This document shows positions 45,492 through 56,248 of a stretch of 64,000 nt of DNA, in pieces (positions within the stretch are counted from its first letter, which is position 1; each line of letters starts with the position of its first letter). A model generated the notes under the pieces. It did no database searches and was not told the origin of the DNA. It was given only the letters and a program-made list of their open reading frames with translations. The position numbers and the translations under genes were made by a program. The stretch is taken from assembly GCA_963719425.1 (NCBI GenBank), contig OY970382.1, positions 522,880 through 586,879 of the forward strand, in the 5' to 3' direction. This DNA is from an uncultured bacterium (lineage in GTDB: Bacteria > Patescibacteriota > Minisyncoccia > UBA6257 > 2-01-FULL-56-20).

Positions 45492-48128
45492 TCATAATGA
45501 TATATTTAATATCTTCTCTGGCTCTTTTTCTATTTTACTCAATGCTTTCGTCTCTGTTCTACGAGCCTCTTCTGCTATCTCAATATTATTGTCAATCATT
45601 CTCTCCAATCTCACAGTATTCCTTGGAATAGGTATGATGAAATATTCTTTCAGGTATTCATCGTTCAGCTCCCTTTGTGTGTAACCGCTTGCAAGGTGGC
45701 GGAATTGCTTTTGAACCAACTCCGATCTAAAGAGTGCCCAAAGGAGAAATGCCTCTTTCGGGTTCTTCGGTCTTATCCCGTAGAACCCGCTACTTCCTAG
45801 TTCTCCGTCGAGATGTTTCGGTATAACCACAACTTTTTTAAGCGATCTATATGGTTTAGAAAACAATAAATCGTTTTCCTTAAGAAGCAATTTTGCTCTA
45901 TCGGGGAGGAATTCCCTCATTCCTTCTTGTAATTCGTCTTGATCAACAACACCCCTCTCCTTGTTTAAGTTCCCGATTTCAATATATTTATATACTTTGT
46001 CCTCATCTTTCTCCTCTTTGCTTATATTTTTTATCTTCTCAAAATCTTCGAGTTTTTTAATGGTGCATTTTCCTTGTTTCTCTCGCTCCCTTAATGCGAC
46101 TAAAAGTTGCCGATAGCTCGGTTGATGGAAAAAAACATCGAATCTATCGGAAATGGAATCGGGGCTCATCAAGAAAAGATCATCGTCTTCATAATCCCCA
46201 ATCCGAACACTTCCGTTTTTATAGAGTTTTCCGGTTTCTTCATATTTTCTATACTCTTTTAAGACACTTTCAAAGTCATCATGTTTTTCTTCTTTGCCGG
46301 ACTTCGTATGGCCGATATTTTCTACGTATCTTGCGAACACATGGGGTTGTTGTTGCTCACCTCCCTTTCTTTTTTCAAGATAGAGAATTGAAGTGATGCC
46401 TCCTGCTTCCTGATTTACAAATGCATGAGTTGGAAGTTGGAAAACCGCTTTCACCAAAAACTTCTCCCTTATAAAATCTCTGTATTCTCTGTTAGAGTCG
46501 CTGTTCAAGACAGAGTTATCTAAGATAATAAACATTCTTCCCCCCTCTTTAAGAAAATCCACATAGCGAGCCACAAATAAGACATTCGACTGGACTGAAG
46601 GTTTTAATTCATTTGTTCCCTTTTTATATGCTATCTCTCCATATTCTTCCAAGACGGTTTTTTCGTCTTTGTCTTTTGTTTGATAGTGCATACTGAAAGG
46701 AGGATTAGTAAGCACTACGTCGAAGCGTAATTTCCCTTCATCCAGTTTCTGTTTCAACTCTTCAAGTTCTCTTTTGGTTTCTTGATGCGTCCCTTTTGAG
46801 ATAAGCAGATTTTTGTCGAGTGAATCCGCACAGTATATTCTGCTCCCTCCATCTCCGTGAACATACATGTTCATTCGAGCAATCCGAGAGATTTTCGGAT
46901 TTGCTTCTATGCCAAATAAACTTTCCATCTTGATGTTGTTGATTATCTCTTCCTTCCTGTCTCGAAGCGATTTATTATCTTTGATTTTTTCTACCAAATC
47001 TGCCATGGCATCAATTAAGAATCCTCCGCTTCCACAACACGCATCCAATACCAGTTCGCTTCGCATCATATTTCCATCCTTGATTATTTTCAAGTCCGCC
47101 AATTTAGTCATGAACTTTACAATTTTTCTCGGAGTGAAATATTGACCGAGTTCTCTCCCTCTTATAGTCGCGTTAAGGAACGTCTCAAACATTCTGCCAT
47201 TCAAATCCTCGTCAATCATGTAAAGATCATAATTCTGTAAAACCCTTACTACTTCCCTAATGGTAGGGGACTTAAGGTCAATTTCTTCGTCTTTCTGGAA
47301 GATTGATTTCTTCTTATTTTTCTCAACTTGCTCTTGGAGGTCTTTTCTAAGTTCTGAAAAAAGAATTGAACTTACGGGATTCTCTGTCTCGGTCTCTCTT
47401 TCATCTATCCAATCAATTGAAAATTTGAAATCTGATCTCTTTGGGGTCTGTTTCTTATCTATAATATTCCTGATTCTCTTATCCTCGTTTAACTTCACAA
47501 AAATTATTTTTGAGAACTCATAAAAAGCATCCGTAGGGCTGATTTTCTCTTTCTTCCAAATGATATTATGACACTTGTTAAACGAGGCCTTGACTTCTTC
47601 AACTGATGGCCTGCTTAAAAATATCTCTATGGAAAGTTCGTTTTTTCCCGATCGCTTTTCAATGTTTTCCGCAGAAAGTAAATCTATCAACCGTTTAAAC
47701 TCTTCGTTCCCGCGAGAGAAATCTTCAAATGAGAGCTTGACTATTGCCTCCTCTTCGTCCCAATTGTAAACCTTTAGAGATTTCCCGTTTGTCAATACGG
47801 CAAAACGTACAGGATTTTCACCCTTGAACCTTTTATTTAGTTCGAGGGCATATCCCGAAACTTGGTACGTATAATCATCTATAATTTCCGTTGGGGATTT
47901 TGCATCAATAACAATTTTTGGTTTGCCATCACTAAAAAGAACGTAGTCTGGCTTATATTTTTCTTTCTTCGATCCCTTACTGATTACAAGTTCATCTAGG
48001 GATGTTTTTGTTTTTATAAATTTCTCGTCATAGCCTAAATGCTTTATGAGTTTTATTGCAAAGAACTGCTCAACATCACTCTCGTTTTTTAAGGTGTCGA
48101 GGTTACAAAACAAGTTCTTCTTTTCCAT
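45492..48128 (-). CDS. Type IIG-like single-chain restriction-modification enzyme (N-terminal PD-(D/E)xK endonuclease + N6-adenine methyltransferase), AT-rich
   Basis: N-terminal KPDYVLF ... IVIDAKS (HsdR_N/Mrr-like). MTase motif I LDACCGSGGFL and motif IV NPPFS. 878 aa at markedly lower GC than the flanking pur genes. Confidence 0.7.
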   Translation of the reverse strand: MEKKNLFCNLDTLKNESDVEQFFAIKLIKHLGYDEKFIKTKTSLDELVISKGSKKEKYKPDYVLFSDGKPKIVIDAKSPTEIIDDYTYQVSGYALELNKRFKGENPVRFAVLTNGKSLKVYNWDEEEAIVKLSFEDFSRGNEEFKRLIDLLSAENIEKRSGKNELSIEIFLSRPSVEEVKASFNKCHNIIWKKEKISPTDAFYEFSKIIFVKLNEDKRIRNIIDKKQTPKRSDFKFSIDWIDERETETENPVSSILFSELRKDLQEQVEKNKKKSIFQKDEEIDLKSPTIREVVRVLQNYDLYMIDEDLNGRMFETFLNATIRGRELGQYFTPRKIVKFMTKLADLKIIKDGNMMRSELVLDACCGSGGFLIDAMADLVEKIKDNKSLRDRKEEIINNIKMESLFGIEANPKISRIARMNMYVHGDGGSRIYCADSLDKNLLISKGTHQETKRELEELKQKLDEGKLRFDVVLTNPPFSMHYQTKDKDEKTVLEEYGEIAYKKGTNELKPSVQSNVLFVARYVDFLKEGGRMFIILDNSVLNSDSNREYRDFIREKFLVKAVFQLPTHAFVNQEAGGITSILYLEKRKGGEQQQPHVFARYVENIGHTKSGKEEKHDDFESVLKEYRKYEETGKLYKNGSVRIGDYEDDDLFLMSPDSISDRFDVFFHQPSYRQLLVALREREKQGKCTIKKLEDFEKIKNISKEEKDEDKVYKYIEIGNLNKERGVVDQDELQEGMREFLPDRAKLLLKENDLLFSKPYRSLKKVVVIPKHLDGELGSSGFYGIRPKNPKEAFLLWALFRSELVQKQFRHLASGYTQRELNDEYLKEYFIIPIPRNTVRLERMIDNNIEIAEEARRTETKALSKIEKEPEKILNISL

Positions 48129-48321
48129 AATTAAATTGGAACATTTTTTGTGTCAAAACACGAATTGTGCAAAACACAAGGGCAATACGCGGAAAGCATT
48201 GAAAAATCACGACTTATGGCGACCATAAAAAAGTTATCCACACCCCATCTATTCAAAACAATGAATAAAACCTCAAAAATAGTCCGACTCCCTATGCCTG
48301 CCCCTAAGGGATATTCGCCTT

Positions 48322-49809
48322 TCACTTTATGTAAATCGTTTCTTTGCGGTCGGGGCCGACGGAAAGGATTGAAACGCTCACCCCCACCCGTTTTTCCAAA
48401 ACAGAAATTGCTTCGCGAAGCTCCTTGGGAAGTTTCGCGTAGGTCCGTATGGAACCAATGGGGCCTTTCCAACCGCGAAGTTTTATATACCGCGGTTTGC
48501 AATACTTCATAATCTCAAGGTCGGGTATCGCCACGCGGATCCGATCGCCTTTTTTATACACCTTTCCGCCGTGCACATAATTAGGTCCCGTATATTCATA
48601 TTCATCGCATACCTTGAATGACTCAATGCCGTCCAAAACGTCCAGCTTCGTGAGAATCACGTTCGGCCCGGTGAGCTTCACCGCCGAATAGCGGACAAGC
48701 GGAAGATCCAGCCAGCCGGTCCGGCGCGCGCGGCCGGTCGTCGCCCCATATTCATTCCCCTTTTGCCGGATCGCGATCCCCTGCACAAATTCGTCGCGGT
48801 CGTTTATGGATGCCGCGGGATATTCCTCCGCCTCCGTCCTGCGGCTCGCGCGCCGCACGTGCTCGGCGGATTTCTCACCTCCGAGCTCCGTTGGGAACGG
48901 CCCTTCGCCGACGCGCGTCATATAGAAAGCTTTTACGATGCCGAAAGTAAGATCAACATTCTGCTCGCGGAGCCCGACGCCCTTCGCAAGCCCCTGGATG
49001 GAGCAATCCGACGAGGTGACGTACGGATATGTCCCGTAATCAACGGAGAGCATGTTGCCCTGCGCGCCTTCAAGAAGAATGTTCTTTTTGCCGAGGAGAC
49101 CGCGCAGCATCGCGTCGGTATCCGCAATGAACGGACGCAGCGCTTTCCCGTACTGCAGATAGCGCTTCGTGATGCGTCCGGCGTCAAAAATATTTCTCGG
49201 ATGATAGAACTCGCCGCGATGCAGAATCTCCTGGTGCATGATCTCGCGAACAACGCGCGGATCGTAGGTTTTGATCAATCGGATCTTCTCTTCCAGATTC
49301 CTGCGCAATTTTTCCCTGAACACTTTCGGGTTCAGAAGATCGTTCACTATGAGCCCCAGGCGCGCGACGTGGTCGGTGTACGCCGGGCCCATGCCCCGCC
49401 CCGTCGTGCCTATCTTTCCGGTTCTTCCCGCTGCTTCTCGGACGCGGTCCAAAACGACGTGCTGCGGCAGCACGAGCCGCGCGTTCAGGGCAATCCGCAA
49501 CTTTTCCAGCGAAACGCCCGCTTTTTTAAGTGTGGTGATTTCATCCAAAATCGTCCCCGGCTCCACCGCGACCCCCGAGCCAATCACGTTGAGCTTCTTA
49601 TGCAGCATCCCCGACGGCAGAAGGTGGAATACGAATTCCTTTTTGCCCAGTTTGACGGTGTGGCCCGCATTCGCGCCGCCCGTGCCGCGCGCGATGACAT
49701 CCGCCCAGTGTTCGGCGAAATAATCAACGAATTTTCCCTTCCCCGTGTCTCCCCACTGCGTGCAAACGATTCCCAGCGTCCGAACGCCTTTCAAAATGTT
49801 AGAACTCAT
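48322..49809 (-). CDS. purA: Adenylosuccinate synthetase
   Basis: GDTGKGK P-loop and GANAGHTV. Start set at MSSNILKG; the longer track ORF is an upstream in-frame extension into guaB. Confidence 0.85.
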   Translation of the reverse strand: MSSNILKGVRTLGIVCTQWGDTGKGKFVDYFAEHWADVIARGTGGANAGHTVKLGKKEFVFHLLPSGMLHKKLNVIGSGVAVEPGTILDEITTLKKAGVSLEKLRIALNARLVLPQHVVLDRVREAAGRTGKIGTTGRGMGPAYTDHVARLGLIVNDLLNPKVFREKLRRNLEEKIRLIKTYDPRVVREIMHQEILHRGEFYHPRNIFDAGRITKRYLQYGKALRPFIADTDAMLRGLLGKKNILLEGAQGNMLSVDYGTYPYVTSSDCSIQGLAKGVGLREQNVDLTFGIVKAFYMTRVGEGPFPTELGGEKSAEHVRRASRRTEAEEYPAASINDRDEFVQGIAIRQKGNEYGATTGRARRTGWLDLPLVRYSAVKLTGPNVILTKLDVLDGIESFKVCDEYEYTGPNYVHGGKVYKKGDRIRVAIPDLEIMKYCKPRYIKLRGWKGPIGSIRTYAKLPKELREAISVLEKRVGVSVSILSVGPDRKETIYIK

Positions 49810-51301
49810 GGTCTCTCCGGTAGTTTGGCGCATCGCGCACGATGCGTACCCCGTGCGGATGGGATTCCTTGATGCCAGCGGCGCTGATGCGGATGAACTC
49901 CGCCTTGTTCCGCAATTCTTCAATCGTCCGCGCGCCGACGTATCCCATCCCCTTTTGCAAACCGCCGACGTACTGATGCATCACGGTTTCCAGTTCGCCC
50001 ACGTACGGCACCAATCCTTCCACCCCTTCTGGCACAAGTCGATCCTTCGCGGTATTCGCCTCGCGATACCGCTCGCGCGAACCGCGGCTCTCTTCCATTG
50101 CGGAAAGCGATCCCATACCGCGGTATCGCTTCATCGGCGTTTCAAAACGGAAGTCAACTTCGCCCGGAGCTTCTTTGGTACCCGCAAGCAATTTGCCGAG
50201 CATCACTGAATGGGCTCCCGCACCGATCGCGATTGGGATATCGCCCGAATTCTCAATGCCGCCGTCCGCGCAGATCGGCACATCGGTCTTTTCAAGCGCT
50301 TTCGCCACTTCGTAAGTCGCCGTCACTTGCGGACAGCCGATGCCGGCGACGATCCGCGTCGTGCAGATGGAACCCGGGCCCTGCCCCACCTTCACGCCAT
50401 CGGCCCCCGCCTGTACGAGCCGCTTTGCCGATTCTCCGCGTGAAATATTGCCCGCCACGACGTCAACGTCGTACTTCTTCTTGAGCGCCTTAATCGTCTG
50501 GATAACGTCTTTTGAATCGCCGTGCGCGGTGTCAATGACCAGAACATCCACAAATCCTTTGAGTGCTTCCGCCCGCTCCATCGCATCGTCCTGGACGCCC
50601 ACCGCCGCGGCCACGCGGAGGCGCCCGTGGCTGTCCACGTTATACCGTCCCGACCGGCCGGACTTGATCCGCTTGAGGTCAGAAAAGAGATACATGCCGA
50701 CAAGATTGCTCCTATCCACAAGCGGAAGCACTTTTTTCTTCGCCTTGAGCATGATCTCGTACGCCTTATCAATTGAGGTACCCTTCGGCGCCGTCACAAG
50801 GTCGCGCGTCATGACGTTTTTCACCTTCTGTGAGCCGTCGCCCGAAAAATCAAAATCATTCTCTGTGATAAGCCCCGCGAGCTTGCCGCGCGCGTCCACG
50901 ACCGGAAAGCTGTGGAAAGAAAATCCCTTCTCCCTACGCATCGCTTCCACTTCCTGGAACGTCATGTCGTCACGGATCGTGATCGGCGTCGCTATGAGAC
51001 CCGAGAGATGGAACTTCACGCGGCGGACCTCGTCGCTCTGCTCCTTGGGCGTAAACCCCCTGTGGATCACGCCTAAACCGCCGAGCTTCGCCATCGCGAT
51101 CGCCATCCGACTCTCCGTCACCGTATCCATCGCCGCGCTCGTGATCGGGATCTTGAGCGGCACGTGGCGCGAGAACCGGCTCGTGAGCACGGTGGCGCTC
51201 GGCATCACATCTGAATAATCCGTCTTCAGCCGCACCTCGTCGTAGGTGACCGCAAGGCCCAGTTCGGCGAGCTGCTTAAAAAATGTATCGCACTTCCGCA
51301 T
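49799..51301 (-). CDS. guaB: IMP dehydrogenase (with CBS pair)
   Basis: GLGVIHR, the catalytic Cys loop GIGCPQ, and CBS domains. Confidence 0.85.
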   Translation of the reverse strand: MRKCDTFFKQLAELGLAVTYDEVRLKTDYSDVMPSATVLTSRFSRHVPLKIPITSAAMDTVTESRMAIAMAKLGGLGVIHRGFTPKEQSDEVRRVKFHLSGLIATPITIRDDMTFQEVEAMRREKGFSFHSFPVVDARGKLAGLITENDFDFSGDGSQKVKNVMTRDLVTAPKGTSIDKAYEIMLKAKKKVLPLVDRSNLVGMYLFSDLKRIKSGRSGRYNVDSHGRLRVAAAVGVQDDAMERAEALKGFVDVLVIDTAHGDSKDVIQTIKALKKKYDVDVVAGNISRGESAKRLVQAGADGVKVGQGPGSICTTRIVAGIGCPQVTATYEVAKALEKTDVPICADGGIENSGDIPIAIGAGAHSVMLGKLLAGTKEAPGEVDFRFETPMKRYRGMGSLSAMEESRGSRERYREANTAKDRLVPEGVEGLVPYVGELETVMHQYVGGLQKGMGYVGARTIEELRNKAEFIRISAAGIKESHPHGVRIVRDAPNYRRDHEF

Positions 51302-51404
51302 AGGTTATGGAATTCATTATATGAGATTTCCTAAGTTTTGCAAAAGCAGGCCTCCCCGCTAATAGTGAAGGGCGGGCTGCAACATTACAACCCGCCCAAC
51401 TCCC

Positions 51405-51647
51405 CTACGCTCGCCCGGCGGAATCGACCCTCACGGGAGACCCCTCCGCCACGACGGTCAGCTTGAGCACGACTTGCTGCCCGTCCCTCAGCAAACCGCG
51501 CTGCCCGGCGAGTATTGTTGCTTGCTGCTGGAGCAGCTCCTCTAGCTGATCCAGCCCTTCCCTCCTGATCCTTCTTTCAATTCTTTCCAACTTGTTCCGT
51601 GACATATTCGGCCACCTCCGAGGCCAGCTACCCACCTTATACACCAT
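51405..51647 (-). CDS. Small hypothetical coiled-coil protein
   Basis: ORF between purM and guaB. Weak. Confidence 0.3.
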   Translation of the reverse strand: MVYKVGSWPRRWPNMSRNKLERIERRIRREGLDQLEELLQQQATILAGQRGLLRDGQQVVLKLTVVAEGSPVRVDSAGRA

Positions 51648-51675
51648 TATCCATCTCTTTCAAAGGAGCTAAGGA

Positions 51676-52800
51676 TCAACCCGCGCCGGGCGGCGGGAGA
51701 ACAATACTTTCGGGCTCAAAGACGACTTCGCGCCTCCCTTCTTTCACAACGCCGAGGTCAAAAAGCTCGTAACCAGCTTTTTTGCCAAGAGAGACGGTCC
51801 GGTCAACTTCTTCCTTGGGCACAAAAAGGTAATAGCCGACACCCCAGTTGAAGGTCTTGAGACAATCGCGAAGGGAAACGCCGAGTCCGCGCATGAATTG
51901 AAAAAGCGGCGGCACGACTGGCCAATTTTGGATACGGTAGGTGAATGGTCTTTTATCAAATGCGAGCTTGCCGATGCCGTCACCCGTGCCGGGCAGGATC
52001 GCCGCGATTCGCACGTGGGCATCCTGGAGTGCCTCTACAAGCGCGACGTACGAGCGCGTGGGAATCAGCGCCTCCTCGCCGAGCGAGGTACCGTTCGGAA
52101 GCTTCGTGAGGAATCTGTCGGGAAGCGCCATCGCCCGCTTGATGACAAGCGATATGCCGTTCGCGTGGAGGCCGGAGGATGCAGCGCCGACGATATGGCA
52201 TCCCGGCTTCAACTCTTTTCCAGTGATAAGATTTGTATTCGGCGCGATAATGCCCGTCGCACAGCCCGAAAGCGAAGGCGCGGCGAGGACCGGCGGCTCC
52301 GGCTTCAGAAGATACTTGAGCGCGGGCGATTCCCCCGCTGGGAGGGCCATCCCAACCTCTTTGCAAATTTCGAAAAAACCCTCTGCCAAATCATGGCTGC
52401 GCTTCTCATCCGAGAACCACGCAGCGTCACCCACCGCAACCTCGTCGGTAAAAATGACGGGCATTGCCCCTTGCGCGATAAGATCGTTCACCGCCATGAG
52501 CGCGGTATCAACGCCGATCGTTTCGTAGTACGTCCTGCCGGTGCCGGCGTTCTCGTACATCCATTCCGCGATCCAGTTCTTGTTGCCGAGCCCTTCCTGC
52601 GTCTTGCACCAGAGGTGCGGCAGGCCGCCGCGATATTCAAACACCGCGCCGTGCGCGTGGAGCACGTCCTCGTTCAAATAAACCCCGCGGCGGTTCGGGA
52701 AGGAAAGCGTCCGTTTCCCCATCGCGATCATCGCCTGCTTGAACGGCTCTAATTGCGTGTAATCCACTCCCGCCTTTGCGTATTCGCTCTTGGCCATCAC
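51676..52800 (-). CDS. purM: AIR synthase-related protein (PurM-like phosphoribosylformylglycinamidine cyclo-ligase), divergent
   Basis: AIRS N/C two-domain organisation with a Gly-rich segment. Its position in the pur operon supports the call. Confidence 0.6.
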   Translation of the reverse strand: MMAKSEYAKAGVDYTQLEPFKQAMIAMGKRTLSFPNRRGVYLNEDVLHAHGAVFEYRGGLPHLWCKTQEGLGNKNWIAEWMYENAGTGRTYYETIGVDTALMAVNDLIAQGAMPVIFTDEVAVGDAAWFSDEKRSHDLAEGFFEICKEVGMALPAGESPALKYLLKPEPPVLAAPSLSGCATGIIAPNTNLITGKELKPGCHIVGAASSGLHANGISLVIKRAMALPDRFLTKLPNGTSLGEEALIPTRSYVALVEALQDAHVRIAAILPGTGDGIGKLAFDKRPFTYRIQNWPVVPPLFQFMRGLGVSLRDCLKTFNWGVGYYLFVPKEEVDRTVSLGKKAGYELFDLGVVKEGRREVVFEPESIVLPPPGAG

Positions 52801-54212
52801 TTCCGTGCAAGCTTCTTCGCAATGCCGAGATAATTTTGGGGGGTGAAACTTTTAAGCTCTTTTTTTAATTTGTCCGGTACATGGAGGGAATCCACGAACG
52901 CGCGAATATCTTCCAGGGTCACTTGCCGCCCGCGCGTGAGTTCCTTCAATTTCTCGTACGGCATGGGAACGCCCTCCCGACGCAGAACGGTCTGGATAGC
53001 TTCGGAAACGATCTCGGAATGTTCTGCGAGCGCTTCCACAACCCTCGCTTCGTGCACCGAGATCCGCCCAAGGCCGTTCAGAAGATATGAGTAACCGATC
53101 GCGCAATGCGCGAGCGCAACGCCGAAGTTCCGCTCCACGGTGGAATCGGAAAGGTCGCGCTGCAGGCGCGACACGGGGAGCTTCGTCACAAAATGCGTAA
53201 AGAGCGCGTTCGCAATCCCCAAATTGCCCTCGCTGTTCTCAAATTTTATTGGGTTCACCTTGTGCGGCATCGTGGAGGAACCAACCTCGCCCTCTTTTGT
53301 TTTCTGCACGATCCATCCATCGCTTATGTAGCGCCACACATCCTGGTCAAAATTGATGAGGATCGTGTTTGCGCGGTGGAGGATGTCAAAAAGTTCTGCA
53401 TACGTATCGTGCGGCTCTATCTGCGTCGTAAGGAAGTTCGGCGTGAGTATTGCGGCGCTTCCGCGGCCAGAATGCAGCCGGTTCAGGCGGGCGATGAATC
53501 GCTCTGTAAACGCCATCCAGTCAACTTTCGGAAAGGCGGCCACGTGCGCATTATAATTCCCGCTTGCGCCGTTCAATTTCGCCGAAATGCGGAATTCGCC
53601 GAGCTGCGCGATTTGCCGTGCAAGCCGCGCACGGAACACATTCATTTCTTTCCCGAAAGTGGTCGGCGTCGCTGGCTGGCCGTGCGTCCGCGCGAGCATC
53701 GGCAATGCCGCGTTCCGCTTCGCGAGCCGTTCCAGTACGGAAGCGATATTTTTGAGCAACGGCAGGAGCACCTCGCGGACCGCGCCGCCGAGCATCAGGC
53801 CATAAGCAAGATTGTTGGTGTCCTCGGAAGTCAGCGCAAAATGCAGCCAGCCGAGAGAATCCTTGAGCGAGGTCCTTTTCAATTTCTCGCGCATGAAATA
53901 CTCCACCGCCTTCACGTCATGGTCGGTCGCCTTGATGCCGCGATATCCCACACGCTCAATGTCGCTGATTATTTTTGCATCTTTGAGCGGCAGTTTGTAA
54001 AGGTTGCGGATGAGCGCTTTCTCATGCTTGGAAAATTTGCGGAGGCCAACGCCGCGCGTCTCCGAAAGCGCGATAAGATATTCTCCTTCCACGACGAGCC
54101 GGTAGCGCATGAGCGCCGCTTCGCTGAAGATCTTTGCGAGGCCCTCCCCGTAGCTCCGATACCGCCCATCAACAGGGCTTATCGCTTCAAGCTGGTCTAT
54201 GAGCTGGTCCAT
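52797..54212 (-). CDS. purB: Adenylosuccinate lyase
   Basis: Fumarate-lyase signature GSSTMPHKVNP. Start set at MDQLIDQLEA. Confidence 0.85.
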   Translation of the reverse strand: MDQLIDQLEAISPVDGRYRSYGEGLAKIFSEAALMRYRLVVEGEYLIALSETRGVGLRKFSKHEKALIRNLYKLPLKDAKIISDIERVGYRGIKATDHDVKAVEYFMREKLKRTSLKDSLGWLHFALTSEDTNNLAYGLMLGGAVREVLLPLLKNIASVLERLAKRNAALPMLARTHGQPATPTTFGKEMNVFRARLARQIAQLGEFRISAKLNGASGNYNAHVAAFPKVDWMAFTERFIARLNRLHSGRGSAAILTPNFLTTQIEPHDTYAELFDILHRANTILINFDQDVWRYISDGWIVQKTKEGEVGSSTMPHKVNPIKFENSEGNLGIANALFTHFVTKLPVSRLQRDLSDSTVERNFGVALAHCAIGYSYLLNGLGRISVHEARVVEALAEHSEIVSEAIQTVLRREGVPMPYEKLKELTRGRQVTLEDIRAFVDSLHVPDKLKKELKSFTPQNYLGIAKKLARK

Positions 54213-54216
54213 AGTA

Positions 54217-55494
54217 TTACAAAGCTTTTGTGCCGATGTCCTTTCTATAATACATCCCCTCAAATTTTATTTTCTCCACCCCGGCGTACGCCTTGCGGAG
54301 CGCCTCCGCGAGCGTGGACCCCGTCGCGCTCACGCCGAGCACTCTTCCACCTGACGTGACGAGTCCGCCATCCGCGAGTTTGGTTCCGGCGTGGAACACT
54401 ATGACGTCTTCCCTTTTCTCTGCCTCGGAAATGCCCGCAATCGGAAGCCCCCTTTTGTAAACGCCGGGATACCCTCCCGATGCCATAACTATACACACCG
54501 CATAGCCCGAATTCCACTCTATTGAAACTTCGTTCAATTTCCCGGAAGCGCACGCGTGAAGAATATCCAAAAGGTCCGTTCTTAAAAGTCGCATGAGTGA
54601 TTGCGTTTCGGGATCGCCGAAGCGTGCATTGAACTCAAGCACCTTGGGCCCTTCTGGCGTGATCTTCAGCCCGGGATAAAGACACCCTGAAAAGGTGCAC
54701 CCTTTTTTCTTCATGGCGCGGAGCGTGGGATCAAGGATCGTCCGTGCGATCTGGTTTTGAAGCTCGTCAGTCACCCATGGCACGGGAGCGATCGTCCCCA
54801 TGCCGCCGGTATTCGGTCCCATGTCGCCCTCGCCCACCGGCTTGTGGTCCTGCGCGGTTGGCATCACTGCGCGCGAGATCCCGTCGGAGAATGCGTGAAT
54901 GGAAATCTCTTGTCCTTCCAAAAATTCCTCTATCACCACTTCATTGCCCGCGTTTCCGAACGTGCGATCAATCATGATGCTCTTGAGTGCTGCCCTCCCT
55001 TCTTCCATCGTCTTACACACTATCGCCCCTTTGCCAAGCGCAAGCCCGCTTGCTTTAACAACGATCGGCACGGGTTGCGATGCAAGGTATCGCGACGCCT
55101 CATTGTAATCCGTGAATACTTGGAATGCCGCCGTAGGAATATATTCCTCCTGCATGAGCTGCTTTGCGAACACTTTTGACGCCTCTATCTGCGCCGCGGC
55201 CTTCGTCGGGCCAAAGACCAAGAACTTTTCTTTTTGAAATTGATCCACAATGCCAAATGCTAAAGGATCGTCAGGGCCCACAACCACAAGATCAATGGAC
55301 GATCTTTTCGCAAAAGCGATGAGCGCTGGAATGTCGTCCCCTTTTATAGGAACATTTTCGCCGAGCCGTGCGGTACCACCGTTGCCCGGTGCGATAAAAA
55401 GCTTCCCGAGCCGCGGCGACTGCGCAAGTTTCCATGCAAGCGCATGCTCGCGCCCGCCGCTCCCTATCAAAAGCACAGTTTTCGGCGTTGGCAT
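54217..55494 (-). CDS. purD: Phosphoribosylamine--glycine ligase
   Basis: MPTPKTVLLIGSGGREHALAWKL plus the ATP-grasp domain. Confidence 0.85.
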   Translation of the reverse strand: MPTPKTVLLIGSGGREHALAWKLAQSPRLGKLFIAPGNGGTARLGENVPIKGDDIPALIAFAKRSSIDLVVVGPDDPLAFGIVDQFQKEKFLVFGPTKAAAQIEASKVFAKQLMQEEYIPTAAFQVFTDYNEASRYLASQPVPIVVKASGLALGKGAIVCKTMEEGRAALKSIMIDRTFGNAGNEVVIEEFLEGQEISIHAFSDGISRAVMPTAQDHKPVGEGDMGPNTGGMGTIAPVPWVTDELQNQIARTILDPTLRAMKKKGCTFSGCLYPGLKITPEGPKVLEFNARFGDPETQSLMRLLRTDLLDILHACASGKLNEVSIEWNSGYAVCIVMASGGYPGVYKRGLPIAGISEAEKREDVIVFHAGTKLADGGLVTSGGRVLGVSATGSTLAEALRKAYAGVEKIKFEGMYYRKDIGTKAL

Positions 55495-55507
55495 CCTGTC
55501 GCGAAAA

Positions 55508-56248
55508 TTATCCCTGCGGAAAAAGAAGCATGGCGGCCTTTTTTGATTCCTCAAGAATTGCTTCTTCCCCTTTGCGGACAAGCGGCATTTCGCGCACGAA
55601 CTCCCGCACGCGGCCGTTCATAAAGTCCTCCAGAGTTGCAATCTGCGTTTCGTGCTCCAAGGGGAGCAGCCGCGCCGCAAGCGACCGCGGATCATCGGCC
55701 GGCAAAATTGCGAGCCGCGTGCACGCGAGAACCGCGCCTTCGTCAAACTGCTCCGCCACTCGCTGCGCCGTCGCCTCGGTCCAAAAGTCGCGACCCACGC
55801 TCCGCACGAAAAGAAGCCGCGCCGCGTGGACGCGCACGCCGAACATCCCCTTCCCGCCGAAATCGGGACGGCCCGGGTCAAGCGGCCCCGGGTGCTGGTT
55901 GATCATAAAATTTTGGTATGCGGCGATCACGTTGCCGGGCGTTTTTATCATCCATCCGTACTGGCCGACGAGATCAACATTCTGTTCCTTAAGAACTCTC
56001 AGGATCGCATTCCCGAACTCCTCTTCGTTGGAAAATTTCTTCGGCTCAATAACAAAAATATTTTCGCGCGGCATTCCCAACTGCTGCATTTTTTTGATCG
56101 CCCCGGCATCGGGCCTGCTTGCGACAAGGCACGCAGGATTGATCCCCGAGAGCCGTCCGGACTGACATGCTTTCATGATCGCCTCGGCGGTCGTGCCGCC
56201 CCCCGAAGCAAGTATGGCCAAACGAAACGTTTTCATACCTTTCATGCC
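55508..56248 (-). CDS. purN: Phosphoribosylglycinamide formyltransferase
   Basis: MKTFRLAILASGGGT ... formyl-transferase fold. Start set at the internal Met; the longer ORF overlaps purF. Confidence 0.75.
   Translation of the reverse strand, partial: GMKGMKTFRLAILASGGGTTAEAIMKACQSGRLSGINPACLVASRPDAGAIKKMQQLGMPRENIFVIEPKKFSNEEEFGNAILRVLKEQNVDLVGQYGWMIKTPGNVIAAYQNFMINQHPGPLDPGRPDFGGKGMFGVRVHAARLLFVRSVGRDFWTEATAQRVAEQFDEGAVLACTRLAILPADDPRSLAARLLPLEHETQIATLEDFMNGRVREFVREMPLVRKGEEAILEESKKAAMLLFPQG

Noticed and set aside
49799-49923. Long N-terminal extensions on the purA, purN, purD, purB, HD and GAPDH ORFs
   Set aside because: The upstream in-frame codons overlap the preceding genes and lack homology. 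Internal Met starts that match family N-termini were chosen instead.
53106-54359. 417-aa plus-strand ORF (and similar ones at 50340..51218, 51898..52752, 42390..43331, 48763..49872, 39516..40205)
   Set aside because: Each is antisense to a confidently identified pur, prs or AKR gene. They are GC-skew artefacts.
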